Below, piece after piece: positions 1-9,219 of a stretch of 64,000 bases of DNA. Below the pieces are notes generated by a model. It did no database searches and was not told the origin of the DNA. It worked only from the letters and a program-made list of their open reading frames with translations. Each line of letters begins with the position of its first letter. Positions within the stretch are counted from its first letter, which is position 1. Made by a program: the position numbers and the translations under genes. Source of the stretch: Anaerolineales bacterium (GTDB taxonomy: Bacteria > Chloroflexota > Anaerolineae > Anaerolineales > Villigracilaceae). The stretch is from contig DAOTZE010000034.1 of the NCBI GenBank assembly GCA_034434495.1, positions 14,032 through 78,031 of the forward strand, given 5' to 3'.

Positions 1-616
1 CGCCCAGCGAATAAATATCGGCGCGGTTATCTGCCGAAGCGCCGCGAATAATTTCAGGCGACATATAACGCGCCGTGCCGACCAACGCGCCTGTGGTGGT
101 GTGGCTTTCGCCGCCCATAATTTTTACAATACCAAAATCCATAAGAATGGCTTGACCATGCACATCTAGCATAATGTTAGCGGGCTTAATATCTCGATGC
201 ACCATGCCGCGCTGATGAGCGTAGCCGATTGCGTCGCTAATGTTTAACATAAACTTTAATGTGTCTTCCAACGAAAGTTGCCGGCCGTTATCCACCAAAC
301 GTTTCATACGGTCTTGTAGCGTTTCCCCGGCAATGAATTCCAACACCATGTAATATGTGCCGTCGTCGTTGTTGAAATCATAGACTTGCACAATGTTAGG
401 GTGACGCAAACTTGCTACCGCCGCGGCTTCGCTTTCAAAGCGCTGCACAAACATCGGGTCGGAGGAAAGATGCGGGTGTATTAACTTAATCGCCACCACG
501 CGCTTCAAGTTTGGGTCGGTGGCTTTATATACAGCCGACATACCGCCCTGCCCAAGTAAAGCCTCAATTTTGTAACGGTTACTAAGCGTTCGTCCAATCC
601 AACTGGGTTGATTCAT
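1..616 (-). CDS. Hanks-type Ser/Thr protein kinase, N-terminal catalytic domain (C-terminal part cut by window edge)
   Basis: Manual reverse-strand translation from the ATG at 616. It gives MNQPSWIGRTLSNRYKIEALLGQGGMSAVYKA..VAIK (Gly loop plus Lys), HRDIKPANIML, DFG and GTARYMSPE. It is absent from the ORF track because it runs off the window. Confidence 0.9.
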   Translation of the reverse strand, partial: MNQPSWIGRTLSNRYKIEALLGQGGMSAVYKATDPNLKRVVAIKLIHPHLSSDPMFVQRFESEAAAVASLRHPNIVQVYDFNNDDGTYYMVLEFIAGETLQDRMKRLVDNGRQLSLEDTLKFMLNISDAIGYAHQRGMVHRDIKPANIMLDVHGQAILMDFGIVKIMGGESHTTTGALVGTARYMSPEIIRGASADNRADIYSLG

Positions 617-631
617 AGCCAAATTATAAAC

Positions 632-1267
632 CTAAACGGCGACAATCTCTTCTTTCGATTCGACAATGCTTGCTTGAATTTTTCCTGCCGATAACTCTCT
701 CAATTCGGCTTGAAACGCCTCAAACGCTTCTTGCCTAACGCGCAGCCTGATGCGCACATCCTCAGTATATTCTTCGCTGACGATTTGCCCGCCATGCTTT
801 ATAACGAATAATCGCACGCGCTCTAAAAGATTATATGGAATTGTAATTTCAGCCACATGCACAGCGATTCGCCTTCCGCGCTTTACTTGTTTTATTGCCA
901 ATTGCGCGGATTCGGTATAAGCCTTTACCAACCCGCCTGTGCCAAGCAATGTGCCGCCAAAATATCGGGTAATGACTAAAACGGCGTCGCCAAGTCCGCT
1001 GCCGCGCAAAGCCGCTAATGCGGGTTTGCCTGCCGTGCCAGCGGGTTCGCCATCGTCCGAAAAATATTCTGTCACCGTATTCCCGCCGCCAATGATATAC
1101 ACAGGCACGTTATGACTAGCATTCGCAAATTCTTTTTTGATATTGACAATAAAAGCTCTGGCTTCATTAATAGAAAAAGCGGGCGCAAGCGTAGCAACGA
1201 AGCGAGATTTCTGCGCTTCATATTCACAGCGGACTTGGGCAAGCGGGATGAAATAATTGGATGACAT
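632..1267 (-). CDS. YigZ / IMPACT (UPF0029) family protein
   Basis: 211-aa ORF with SDDGEPAGTAGKP and ITRYFGGTLLGTGGLVKAY stretches typical of the IMPACT/YigZ N-terminal domain. Confidence 0.8.
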   Translation of the reverse strand: MSSNYFIPLAQVRCEYEAQKSRFVATLAPAFSINEARAFIVNIKKEFANASHNVPVYIIGGGNTVTEYFSDDGEPAGTAGKPALAALRGSGLGDAVLVITRYFGGTLLGTGGLVKAYTESAQLAIKQVKRGRRIAVHVAEITIPYNLLERVRLFVIKHGGQIVSEEYTEDVRIRLRVRQEAFEAFQAELRELSAGKIQASIVESKEEIVAV

Positions 1268-1293
1268 GGGGAGATTTTACTTGAATTGATGTT

Positions 1294-1332
1294 AAAAAAG
1301 CGACAGTCGCCTTTCTTTGAGGCGACTGTCGC
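1294..1332 (-). terminator. Rho-independent terminator after the formate dehydrogenase operon
   Basis: GCGACAGTCGCC (1300-1311) pairs with GGCGACTGTCGC (1321-1332) around a 9-nt loop. On the minus strand the stem is followed by TTTTTT (1294-1299). Confidence 0.8.
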
Positions 1333-1353
1333 TTTTGATTTTGATTTTAATTT

Positions 1354-3594
1354 TTAATATCTTCCCCGCTCAACCACCGCATCGGGGTTGGGTAAATCTT
1401 GTAACCTTGCAGGGAAGATTTGCACGGCGCAGGCTTTGAATTCAGGGATTTTGGCTTGCGGGTCTAAAGCGTCATTGGTTAATAAATTGGCGGCGGCTTC
1501 GGCAAAATGCCAAGGGAGAAAGACAACGCCGATAGATGTTTTTTCGGTAACAGTTGCTCGTACAATAATTTCACCACGGCGACTAGAAACTTTAACAGGG
1601 TCGCCATTGCGAATGCCGTGCATCTCTGCGTCGGCAGGGTGAATCTCAACCCGCGCTTCGGGGTAGGTTTCGTTCAGCGCAGAATGACGAGTCATCGTGC
1701 CGCCATGCCAATGTTCAAGCAAACGCCCCGTTGTCAATATGAACGGATATTCATCATCAGGTTCTTCACGAATTGGAACATAATCCAAGACGTGAAATTT
1801 TCCTTTTCCGCGCGGAAAATCTTTTGTAAATAGCGTCGGCGTGCCTGGATGGTCTAACGATGGGACAGGGTAAATCAAACCGACTTTTTCAATACGCTCA
1901 TAAGTGATGCCAGCGTAATCTGTGTTCACGCTTCCCATTTCGCGTAAAATCTCTTCAGGCGAAGAATATGCCCAATACGAGGTAGCCACTCCAAGTCTCG
2001 ATTCGATGCGCAGGGCTAAATCGCAAATAATTTGCCAATCAGGGCGAGATTGTCCTAAAGGTTTGTGCGCCGTGCGAACTCGCTGCACACGCCTATCGGT
2101 GTTTGAGAATGTGCCGTCTTTTTCGGCAAAAGAAGCGGCAGGCAAGAATACATCGGCAAATGCGCCGCTTTCATTGATGAAAATATCCTGCGCCACTAAA
2201 AACTCAAGTTGTTGCATGTGATGGCGCACGACATTGAGATTCGGTTCAGACATCATCGGGTTTTCGCCCATGATGAAAAGCGAACGAACGCCTCCTTCAT
2301 GTGCATGGCTGAGGATTTCAGTGGTGGTTAATCCTAGCTTGAGGCTTAACCCGCCCTCTTCTATGTTCCATGCCTTTTCCCATTTGGCGCGGTTTTCGGG
2401 ATTATCCACGCGCATATAACCGGGGTAATGAAACGGCATAGCGCCCATGTCGCTTGCGCCTTGCACATTGTTTTGCCCGCGTAATGGATTTAATCCCGTG
2501 CCGTCGCGCCCAACATGCCCCGTGAGGAAGGCAAGGTGAATGAGCGCCAACGCCGAAGCCGTGCCGTGTGAAAGCTGCGAAATGCCCATGCCCCAATAAA
2601 TTGCGCCGTTTTTGGCTTGGGCATATAAACGCGCGGCTTTGCGAATATCTTCCGCTGGAACGCCGGAAATTTCTTGCGCGTATTCGGGAGTGAATTTTTC
2701 AAGGCTTTCGACATATTCGTCAAAGCCTTCGGTGCGGTCTTTGACAAATTGCCAATTGACCAAATTCTCTTTGACAATAACATGCGCCATTGCCGAAAAT
2801 ACGGGTACGTTTGTGCCGGGCTTTAATGGCAGCCATATTTCGGCAAAATCCACTAAGTCAATGCGGCGCGGGTCAACCACAATCATTTTTGCGCCGTTTT
2901 CTTTTACGGCGGCTTTCATTTGCAAAGCGATGATAGGGTGGTTTTCGGAAGTATTTGACCCCGTGACGATAAACACATCGTTCAACATCACTTGCGAAGC
3001 GGTGTTGCTCATTGCCGAGGAGCCGATGGCTTGCTGTAGCGCCACCACCGAGCCTGCATGACATAATCTTGTGCAATGGTCAACATTATTTGTGCGGAAT
3101 AAAGCCCGATACATTTTTTGTAATAGATAATTATCTTCATTGGTCGCTTTGGCGCAACAATAAACAGCCATTGCATCTGAACCGTCGCGCTTGTAAATGC
3201 GCACGAGATTATCGGCAACAAGGTTGAGCGCGGTATCCCAATCGGTTTCAACCCAGTCCCAGTCATTTGAGATTTGGGAATTGGGAATAGGTTTTCCGTC
3301 AGCGCTAACTGCGAAAACTTGTTCGCGTCCTTTTGGTTTGGGCTTGCCTTCTAATAAATACCTTCTTGCCAACGGAGTTGTGATTCGTTTGGGGTGATAA
3401 ATAAAATCGTAGCCAAATCTACCTTTGACGCATAAATTCCCGTGATTCACGGGCGAATCAAACGGCGAAGTGACTTTGAAAATAAAATCGTCTTTGACGT
3501 GCAATTGCAAAGTACAACCCACCCCACAATATGGACAAGTGGATGTGACAATTCGGTCAGGTTTAATCATAGGCGCTCCAATTTCAACTTTCAA
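1354..3594 (-). CDS. Formate dehydrogenase catalytic (molybdopterin) subunit, Cys-type
   Basis: 746-aa ORF with an N-terminal CPYCGVGC 4Fe-4S motif. [14 protein letters not shown] matches the Sec/Cys active-site stretch of formate dehydrogenases, with a Cys codon here and no TGA. The track start is TTG at 3594; an alternative ATG (MIKPDR) lies at 3570. Confidence 0.85.
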   Translation of the reverse strand: MKVEIGAPMIKPDRIVTSTCPYCGVGCTLQLHVKDDFIFKVTSPFDSPVNHGNLCVKGRFGYDFIYHPKRITTPLARRYLLEGKPKPKGREQVFAVSADGKPIPNSQISNDWDWVETDWDTALNLVADNLVRIYKRDGSDAMAVYCCAKATNEDNYLLQKMYRALFRTNNVDHCTRLCHAGSVVALQQAIGSSAMSNTASQVMLNDVFIVTGSNTSENHPIIALQMKAAVKENGAKMIVVDPRRIDLVDFAEIWLPLKPGTNVPVFSAMAHVIVKENLVNWQFVKDRTEGFDEYVESLEKFTPEYAQEISGVPAEDIRKAARLYAQAKNGAIYWGMGISQLSHGTASALALIHLAFLTGHVGRDGTGLNPLRGQNNVQGASDMGAMPFHYPGYMRVDNPENRAKWEKAWNIEEGGLSLKLGLTTTEILSHAHEGGVRSLFIMGENPMMSEPNLNVVRHHMQQLEFLVAQDIFINESGAFADVFLPAASFAEKDGTFSNTDRRVQRVRTAHKPLGQSRPDWQIICDLALRIESRLGVATSYWAYSSPEEILREMGSVNTDYAGITYERIEKVGLIYPVPSLDHPGTPTLFTKDFPRGKGKFHVLDYVPIREEPDDEYPFILTTGRLLEHWHGGTMTRHSALNETYPEARVEIHPADAEMHGIRNGDPVKVSSRRGEIIVRATVTEKTSIGVVFLPWHFAEAAANLLTNDALDPQAKIPEFKACAVQIFPARLQDLPNPDAVVERGRY

Positions 3595-4288
3595 CCCGTT
3601 TTGCTTTTCTTTGCTTTCTACCAGTATTCATCACGCTAATCTCTTGCGGGCTCACGCCTTGCTCCAATAAAAATTGGCGTTTGGGTTTTAGCGCCCCAGT
3701 TGGGCAAACGCCCACGCATTGACCGCAAAGCACGCAAGTCGTTTCGGGAATGGCTTTGTCAAAAAATGTGCCGATTTGCGTTTCGTATCCGCGCCCTTCA
3801 AAGTTAATCGCGTATGTAAATTGAGCATCCTCCGCGCACACTTGCACACAACGCCAACACAACAAGCATTTGGAATAGTCGCGGATGTACATGGGGTTAT
3901 CGTCTTTGACTTCCGATTCGCGGCGTTCAGCGTCGGGAAAGCGCTTCTCATCTACGGCGTACTCTTGCATCATCCGTTGAATTTCATCCGCTTCGGATAA
4001 ATCCATCGTGGAATTGAGCATTTCTAAAATTGTTTTTCTTGAGCGAACCACTTTTTCACTTTTGGTTTGTACCTTCATACCTTCAGCCGCTTTGACAATA
4101 CACGCAGGTTGAAGCGTGCGCATTCCCTCCACTTCCACCACGCACACTCTGCACAAGGCGTTTGCCGTTGTTGCGTCGTGATAGCAAATCACAGGCACAT
4201 TTCCGCCGTTTTCACGCGCAACTTCAAGCAAGGTTTTGCCTTCTTCGGCGGTTACTTCTTTATTATCAAGTGTCAGCTTAATTGCCAT
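3584..4288 (-). CDS. NuoG/FdsA-N-terminal-like Fe-S protein (2Fe-2S plus 4Fe-4S clusters)
   Basis: 234-aa ORF with a C-x10-C-x2-C-x13-C ferredoxin motif ([22 protein letters not shown]) and [12 protein letters not shown]. It overlaps the downstream catalytic subunit ORF by 11 nt. Confidence 0.85.
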   Translation of the reverse strand: MAIKLTLDNKEVTAEEGKTLLEVARENGGNVPVICYHDATTANALCRVCVVEVEGMRTLQPACIVKAAEGMKVQTKSEKVVRSRKTILEMLNSTMDLSEADEIQRMMQEYAVDEKRFPDAERRESEVKDDNPMYIRDYSKCLLCWRCVQVCAEDAQFTYAINFEGRGYETQIGTFFDKAIPETTCVLCGQCVGVCPTGALKPKRQFLLEQGVSPQEISVMNTGRKQRKAKRVES

Positions 4289-4348
4289 ATCATCTCCGTT
4301 TGAAAGTTGAAAAGTTTATAAGTTAAAACCTTCAAACCTGCCAACTTT

Positions 4349-6013
4349 CTAACTCTTAACCTCAAACAACTCGGGCCACAACTTCATTGCAGATAACACT
4401 GCGCTTGCCGCCGTTTGACCTAAACCGCACAAACTCGCATCCGTCATCGTCCAGCCGACATCTTGCAAGCGGGCAAAATCATCAGAATCAACTTTACCAA
4501 TTGCAATGCGATGCAAAATTTCTTTTTGACGTTGCGTCCCCATTTGACATGGATAACATTTGCCACAAGATTCATGCGCAAAGAAATGACCCAAACGATT
4601 CAACGCATCGCGCATATCGCGCGTCTCATCAAAGACCATCACTACGCCTGAACCTAACGGCAAACCTGCCGCGCGCAAATCTTCAAATGTCATTTTGACA
4701 TCCAAATGTTCAGATGTAGCAAAAGCGCCCGCCGCGCCGCCAAACAAAACGGATTTCAAACTTTTCCCATTCGCTATACCGCCAGCCATATCCAAAACTT
4801 CACGCAATGTCACACCAAACGGAACTTCGTATAAACCGGGCGTAGCGACATCGCCTGATACGCAAAACAATTTCGGACCGGGCGATTTTTCCGTTCCAAT
4901 TTTTCTATACTCAGCGGCGCCTTTTGAAATAATCAAAGGCACATTGCATAACGTTTCAACATTATTAATCACAGTCGGTTTGCTAAACAATCCATGCGTC
5001 GTTGGGAAAGGCGGCTTCACACGCGGGAAACCGCGCTTCCCTTCGATTGACTCAAACAGCGCAGTCTCCTCGCCGCAAATATAAGCGCCCGCGCCGACGC
5101 GAACTTCAATGTCAAAATCTTTTCCTAAATAACCTGCACCGCGCGCCTCATCTAATGCTTTTTCTAAAACGGGAATAATGTATGGATATTCTCCGCGCAC
5201 ATAAATAAAACCTTTGCTTGCGCCAATTGCATACCCCGCAATACACATACCTTCAATCGTTGAATGCGGGTCATCTAACAATAAAATTCTGTCTTTGAAT
5301 GTGCCAGGTTCAGATTCATCCGCGTTACAGATGATATATTTTTGATTCGCTTCCGCTTTGAACGCGCCTTCCCATTTGACTCCTGTTGGGAACGCCGCGC
5401 CTCCCCTCCCCACCAAACCTGATTCTTTAACCTCAGCAATGACTTTATCTTGAGGCATTGACTTGGCTTTCATCAGAGCCTTATATTCGCCATATTCTCT
5501 TAAGTATGTCGTTTTGCCCTTGCCGCAATTTTTTGTTAGTTCCCTTATTTGACCATAGACCATAGACCGCGGACGGTCTTCGCCTTCTCCCACCGTCCAC
5601 TGTCCACCGTTCATCGTCCAAACCGCAGGCGCAAGTTCGCACATGCCAAGGCATGGACTCGGCTCAATCGTTAGAGACAAGTCGGCGCGAGTCCGATGCG
5701 GCTCTATATCATATTGCTGGCACAGTTTTCTTAACAACCCATCCGAATCTTTAATCCCGCAAGCAGGGTCGGTGCAAACGCGGATTACTTTTTTGCCAAT
5801 CGGCTCGTTATAAAACAATGAATAAAATTCAATCACGCCATGCACATCAGCCAATGGCACATGCAAAGTTTTGGCAATCTCTGCCGCCACAGGCTCAGAA
5901 ATCCAACCATAAAGTTTTTGAGCCGCATGCAAGGCTGGTAACAACCCAGAGCGGCTCATCGGAATAAATTTTTCAATTGTAGGTTTGAGTGGGGCAAGGT
6001 CAATGTCAGACAT
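4349..6013 (-). CDS. NAD(H)-binding diaphorase subunit, fused NuoE-like and NuoF-like domains
   Basis: 554-aa ORF. It has an N-terminal NuoE-type thioredoxin-like domain, [10 protein letters not shown] (FMN/NADH site) and an ESCGKCYPC 4Fe-4S motif. Confidence 0.85.
   Translation of the reverse strand: MSDIDLAPLKPTIEKFIPMSRSGLLPALHAAQKLYGWISEPVAAEIAKTLHVPLADVHGVIEFYSLFYNEPIGKKVIRVCTDPACGIKDSDGLLRKLCQQYDIEPHRTRADLSLTIEPSPCLGMCELAPAVWTMNGGQWTVGEGEDRPRSMVYGQIRELTKNCGKGKTTYLREYGEYKALMKAKSMPQDKVIAEVKESGLVGRGGAAFPTGVKWEGAFKAEANQKYIICNADESEPGTFKDRILLLDDPHSTIEGMCIAGYAIGASKGFIYVRGEYPYIIPVLEKALDEARGAGYLGKDFDIEVRVGAGAYICGEETALFESIEGKRGFPRVKPPFPTTHGLFSKPTVINNVETLCNVPLIISKGAAEYRKIGTEKSPGPKLFCVSGDVATPGLYEVPFGVTLREVLDMAGGIANGKSLKSVLFGGAAGAFATSEHLDVKMTFEDLRAAGLPLGSGVVMVFDETRDMRDALNRLGHFFAHESCGKCYPCQMGTQRQKEILHRIAIGKVDSDDFARLQDVGWTMTDASLCGLGQTAASAVLSAMKLWPELFEVKS
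5561..5630. repeat. 7-nt-periodic repeat block embedded in-frame in the NuoE/F-like CDS
   Basis: GACCATA GACCATA GACCGCG GACGGTC TTCGCCT TCTCCCA CCGTCCA CTGTCCA CCGTTCA TCGTCCA. It encodes [24 protein letters not shown] in the interdomain linker. Confidence 0.7.
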
Positions 6014-6080
6014 AAACGCTCCAATAATTTAATTATACACGAATAAAATTATGTTTCTTTGCTTAAGCGCAAGTTACTTA

Positions 6081-6113
6081 AGGCGACAGTCGCCTTGAAA
6101 GCGACTGTCGCCT
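6081..6113. promoter_or_regulatory. Hairpin/palindrome in the divergent fdh-gntR intergenic region, same core as the operon terminator
   Basis: AGGCGACAGTCGCC ttgaaa GCGACTGTCGCCT. The 12-13-nt core is identical to the stem at 1300-1332, but no T-run follows on either strand. Confidence 0.5.
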
Positions 6114-6162
6114 GAGAATCTCCACTTCCGAATTTACATTAAATTATATATAATATACAATC

Positions 6163-6897
6163 ATGGCAACCATCCTAGAAACTCACAAAATATTAAAGGA
6201 AGAAATCTTCGACGCTTTGCACAGGCAGATTATTGCAGGCAAATATGCGCCTGGCGATTGGCTTCGTCAAGAAGAGATTGCCTCGCAAATGGGCGTCAGT
6301 ATGACTCCCGTGCGCGAAGCGTTAGATTTGCTGGTGGCAAAAGGCATTGCCGAGCGTGTTCCCTATCGCGGCGTGCGTGTACGCGAAATGAATACAAAAG
6401 AAGTGGTAGAAGCCTACGGCTTGCGCCTCATTCTGGAAGCCATCATTGCGCGCGAGGCGGCAACAAACATTACGCCCGAACAAGTGACTCGCCTCAAAAA
6501 AATCATGGATGAAATGGACAGGCATGTTGACTTAAACGAAATGCCGCAAGAAAGACAACTTAGTCGTGAATTCCATGCCGCCATTGCCGAAGCCTCCGGA
6601 AACGCGCTGTTAATTCAACTTTATACCATCGTCTCAAACGCTTTTCCCGATTGGCTTTTGTATGAAGCGCTGTATCGAAAACCAGAATTAGTTAAAAGTA
6701 GCGTTACGCAAACGCATGACGAACACTCCGCAATTTTAGACGCGCTCAAAAAAGGCAATGCAGATTTAGCCGTCAAAGTTTCCATTGAGCATGTTATGGA
6801 ATCTGGCAGATGGTTAGAAAAATACCTGAATGTGCCAGCGAAGTTGTTAAGAGAACAAGAAAAACAAGTTTTACATTTGATTAAGAAAAGCAAATAA
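6163..6897 (+). CDS. GntR-family transcriptional regulator (FadR/FCD subclass)
   Basis: 244-aa ORF with an N-terminal wHTH (EEIASQMGVSMTPVREALDLLVAKGIAE) and a helical C-terminal FCD-like domain. A TATAAT box sits about 10 nt upstream of the ATG and there is no SD. Confidence 0.85.
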   Translation: MATILETHKILKEEIFDALHRQIIAGKYAPGDWLRQEEIASQMGVSMTPVREALDLLVAKGIAERVPYRGVRVREMNTKEVVEAYGLRLILEAIIAREAATNITPEQVTRLKKIMDEMDRHVDLNEMPQERQLSREFHAAIAEASGNALLIQLYTIVSNAFPDWLLYEALYRKPELVKSSVTQTHDEHSAILDALKKGNADLAVKVSIEHVMESGRWLEKYLNVPAKLLREQEKQVLHLIKKSK

Positions 6898-6902
6898 AAA
6901 AA

Positions 6903-6927
6903 CCTAAAGGTCTTAAAGACCTTTAGG
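6903..6927 (+). terminator. Perfect 11-bp hairpin after gntR (no T-run)
   Basis: CCTAAAGGTCT taa AGACCTTTAGG, followed by GTCTAAG-type heptamer sequence. Confidence 0.35.
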
Positions 6928-6967
6928 GTCTAAGATTTAGATTTTGGAATTAAGGAGAATTTATTAT

Positions 6968-7633
6968 ATGACTGAAGATTTAGATGCCTTATACAAGCAA
7001 ATGGCGCAAAGCATTATTGACGGGGATTCAGACCTCTCTGTTGAACTTGCCAAAAAATCTATTGAACTTAAGATGCACCCGCTCGATACAATTACAAAAG
7101 GCTTTGTGCCTGGCGTGAACTACATTGGCGACCAATTTGGCGCGGGCGAAGCCTTTTTACCCGAATTGGTAATGGCAGGCGAAGCCATGAAAGCCGCAGT
7201 GGCTGTACTTGAACCTGAATTGCTAAAACTCGGCGAAGCGCGCGAGATGATGGGGAAAGTGGTGCTGGCGACCGTCGAAGGCGATATTCATGAAATCGGT
7301 AAAACGCTGGTTGGCACAATGTTAAGCGCCTCTGGGTTTGAAGTAACCGACCTGGGCGTAGACCAACCCGCCGATAAAATCATTGGTAAAGCGCTTGAAA
7401 TTGACGCGCAAATTATCGGCATGAGCGCTCTATTAACGACAACCATGGTGCGCCAACGCGAAGTGATTGAAGAATTAGATAAAGAAGGCTTGCGTCCCCG
7501 AATTAAAGTCATGGTCGGCGGCGCGCCCATTACCCGCGAATGGGCGGCGAAAATCAAAGCGGATGGATATTCTGAAGACGCCGTTGGCGCAGTAAAACTA
7601 GCCAAAGAATTGGTTGGAAAAGCAGACCAGTAA
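6968..7633 (+). CDS. Corrinoid (B12-binding) protein of a methyltransferase system (MtgC/MtqC-like)
   Basis: DxHxxG cobalamin-ligand motif (GDIHEIGK), plus SALLTTT and MVGGAP motifs. The ATG at 6968 is preceded by AAGGAG; the track ORF starts further upstream at TTG 6944. Confidence 0.85.
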   Translation: MTEDLDALYKQMAQSIIDGDSDLSVELAKKSIELKMHPLDTITKGFVPGVNYIGDQFGAGEAFLPELVMAGEAMKAAVAVLEPELLKLGEAREMMGKVVLATVEGDIHEIGKTLVGTMLSASGFEVTDLGVDQPADKIIGKALEIDAQIIGMSALLTTTMVRQREVIEELDKEGLRPRIKVMVGGAPITREWAAKIKADGYSEDAVGAVKLAKELVGKADQ

Positions 7634-7680
7634 ATCGTTCGCGAATGGTTTAGTTTGATTGTTATCTCTTTGAATGAGAA

Positions 7681-7716
7681 CGCCAAATTATATAAAAATC
7701 GTTTGGCGGTTTTTTT
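7681..7716 (+). terminator. Intra-operon rho-independent terminator/attenuator after the corrinoid protein gene
   Basis: CGCCAAA (7681-7687) pairs with TTTGGCG (7702-7708), followed by GTTTTTTT. Confidence 0.55.
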
Positions 7717-7737
7717 GATTATCAAGAAAGGCGTTTT

Positions 7738-9216
7738 ATGCAACCCAAACTTTTACTCCTTGACGATGGATTAATTGAAAGAATTTTAGACGAAGCCTAT
7801 CAATTGTTATTAAAGCCTGGCGTAAAAGTTAATAATGAAGAAGCGCGCGATTTGCTAGGGTCGGCTGGCGCGCAAGTGGATAAAGAATCAAACGTCGTCA
7901 AAATTCCAGAGCAAATAGTCCGCAAAGCGTTAGAAAGCGCCCCGCGCGAATTTTATTTATACGATTACGACGGAAACCCAAAGGTCAAATATGGAGGCGA
8001 CGCCGTTCACTTTGACCCAGGCTCATCGGGAATCGCCATGCTTAATCCAGAAACGCTGGAACATGAAACCACCGAAACGCCTCACTTAATCAAATTACTT
8101 AAAGTCGCAGAACAACTATCGCAATATGACGCGCAATCTACCGCCGTAGTTTGCCATGATGTACCGCAAACGATTCAAGATTCATATCGCTTATATTTAG
8201 CCTTACTATTTTCTAAAAAACCGATTGTCACAGGCGCGTTCACCAACAAAACCGTTGTGGATATGATTGACATGCTTGCCATTATGGCAGGCGGGCATGA
8301 ACAATCTAAAAATAAACCACGCGCCATCTTTGACGTTTGCCCTGCCCCGCCATTAATTTGGAGCAACTTCGCTTCTGGAAATTTAATTGCATTAGCGCGC
8401 GCGGGCATCCCTGCCGAAATCGTCTCCGTGCCGTTATCTGGCGCGGCGGCTCCCGTTACCATGCTGGGAACTGTCACACAGCATACGGCAGAATGCTTGG
8501 CGGGGATAACGATTCATCAATTAGCAAAAGCGGGTTCGCCGATTGTTTGGGGCGGCGCGGCGGCAATCTTTGATATGAAAAAAGGCGCAACGCCAATGGG
8601 CGCAATTGAAACCGCCATGCTCGATTGTTCATACGCGCAAGTGGCAAAATCATTAAACATGCCCACGCACACTTATCTCGGCGCAACCGACTCAAAACTG
8701 GTGGACGCGCAAGCCGGGCTTGAAAGCGGCATGACTGCCCTCGTGGGCGCGCTAAGCGGCATTAACATGATTTCTGGCTCAGGTATGTTAGATTTTCTCT
8801 CATGTCATAGCGCCGAAAAACTCGTCATTGACGCGGAAGGCATTGCAATGGCAAAACGTATGTTGGCGGGCGTTAAACTTCATACCGAAACGTTAGCCAC
8901 AGGCTTTTACGACGACAAAATCAACTTCAAAGGCGGCGATTTTCTCAAACAAAAAATCACCATGAAGTTATTCCGCGAAGAACAACACTTACCCAGCGAA
9001 GTGATAGATAGAGACTCCATGCGCGACTGGAAGAACGCAGGCTCGTTAGACGCTTTCTCCCGCGCCAAGAAAATGGTCGGCAATTTACTCGCTTCTTATA
9101 CGAGACCCGAACTTGATTCTGCAAAAGTGACGCAGTTACATACCTTTATGCTTAACCTTGCGAAAAAAGCGGGCGTTGAGCAATTACCGCCTATTGAAGA
9201 TTTTCAAATTGCATAA
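7738..9216 (+). CDS. MttB-superfamily methyltransferase (non-pyrrolysine; quaternary amine:corrinoid methyltransferase-like), paralogue 1
   Basis: 492-aa uninterrupted ORF with no in-frame TAG. The N-terminus LLDDGLIERILDEAYQLLLKPGVKV and overall length fit the trimethylamine methyltransferase (COG5598) family. Confidence 0.8.
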   Translation: MQPKLLLLDDGLIERILDEAYQLLLKPGVKVNNEEARDLLGSAGAQVDKESNVVKIPEQIVRKALESAPREFYLYDYDGNPKVKYGGDAVHFDPGSSGIAMLNPETLEHETTETPHLIKLLKVAEQLSQYDAQSTAVVCHDVPQTIQDSYRLYLALLFSKKPIVTGAFTNKTVVDMIDMLAIMAGGHEQSKNKPRAIFDVCPAPPLIWSNFASGNLIALARAGIPAEIVSVPLSGAAAPVTMLGTVTQHTAECLAGITIHQLAKAGSPIVWGGAAAIFDMKKGATPMGAIETAMLDCSYAQVAKSLNMPTHTYLGATDSKLVDAQAGLESGMTALVGALSGINMISGSGMLDFLSCHSAEKLVIDAEGIAMAKRMLAGVKLHTETLATGFYDDKINFKGGDFLKQKITMKLFREEQHLPSEVIDRDSMRDWKNAGSLDAFSRAKKMVGNLLASYTRPELDSAKVTQLHTFMLNLAKKAGVEQLPPIEDFQIA

Positions 9217-9219
9217 ACT

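Noticed and set aside
6898-6967. Cobalamin riboswitch upstream of the corrinoid protein gene. I also considered a Moco riboswitch in the fdh leader (6014-6162).
   Set aside because: The leader before the corrinoid gene is only about 70 nt, and most of it is a simple hairpin plus the RBS. In the fdh leader I could not recognise conserved riboswitch cores by eye. A covariance-model scan (Rfam RF00174, RF01055) would be decisive.
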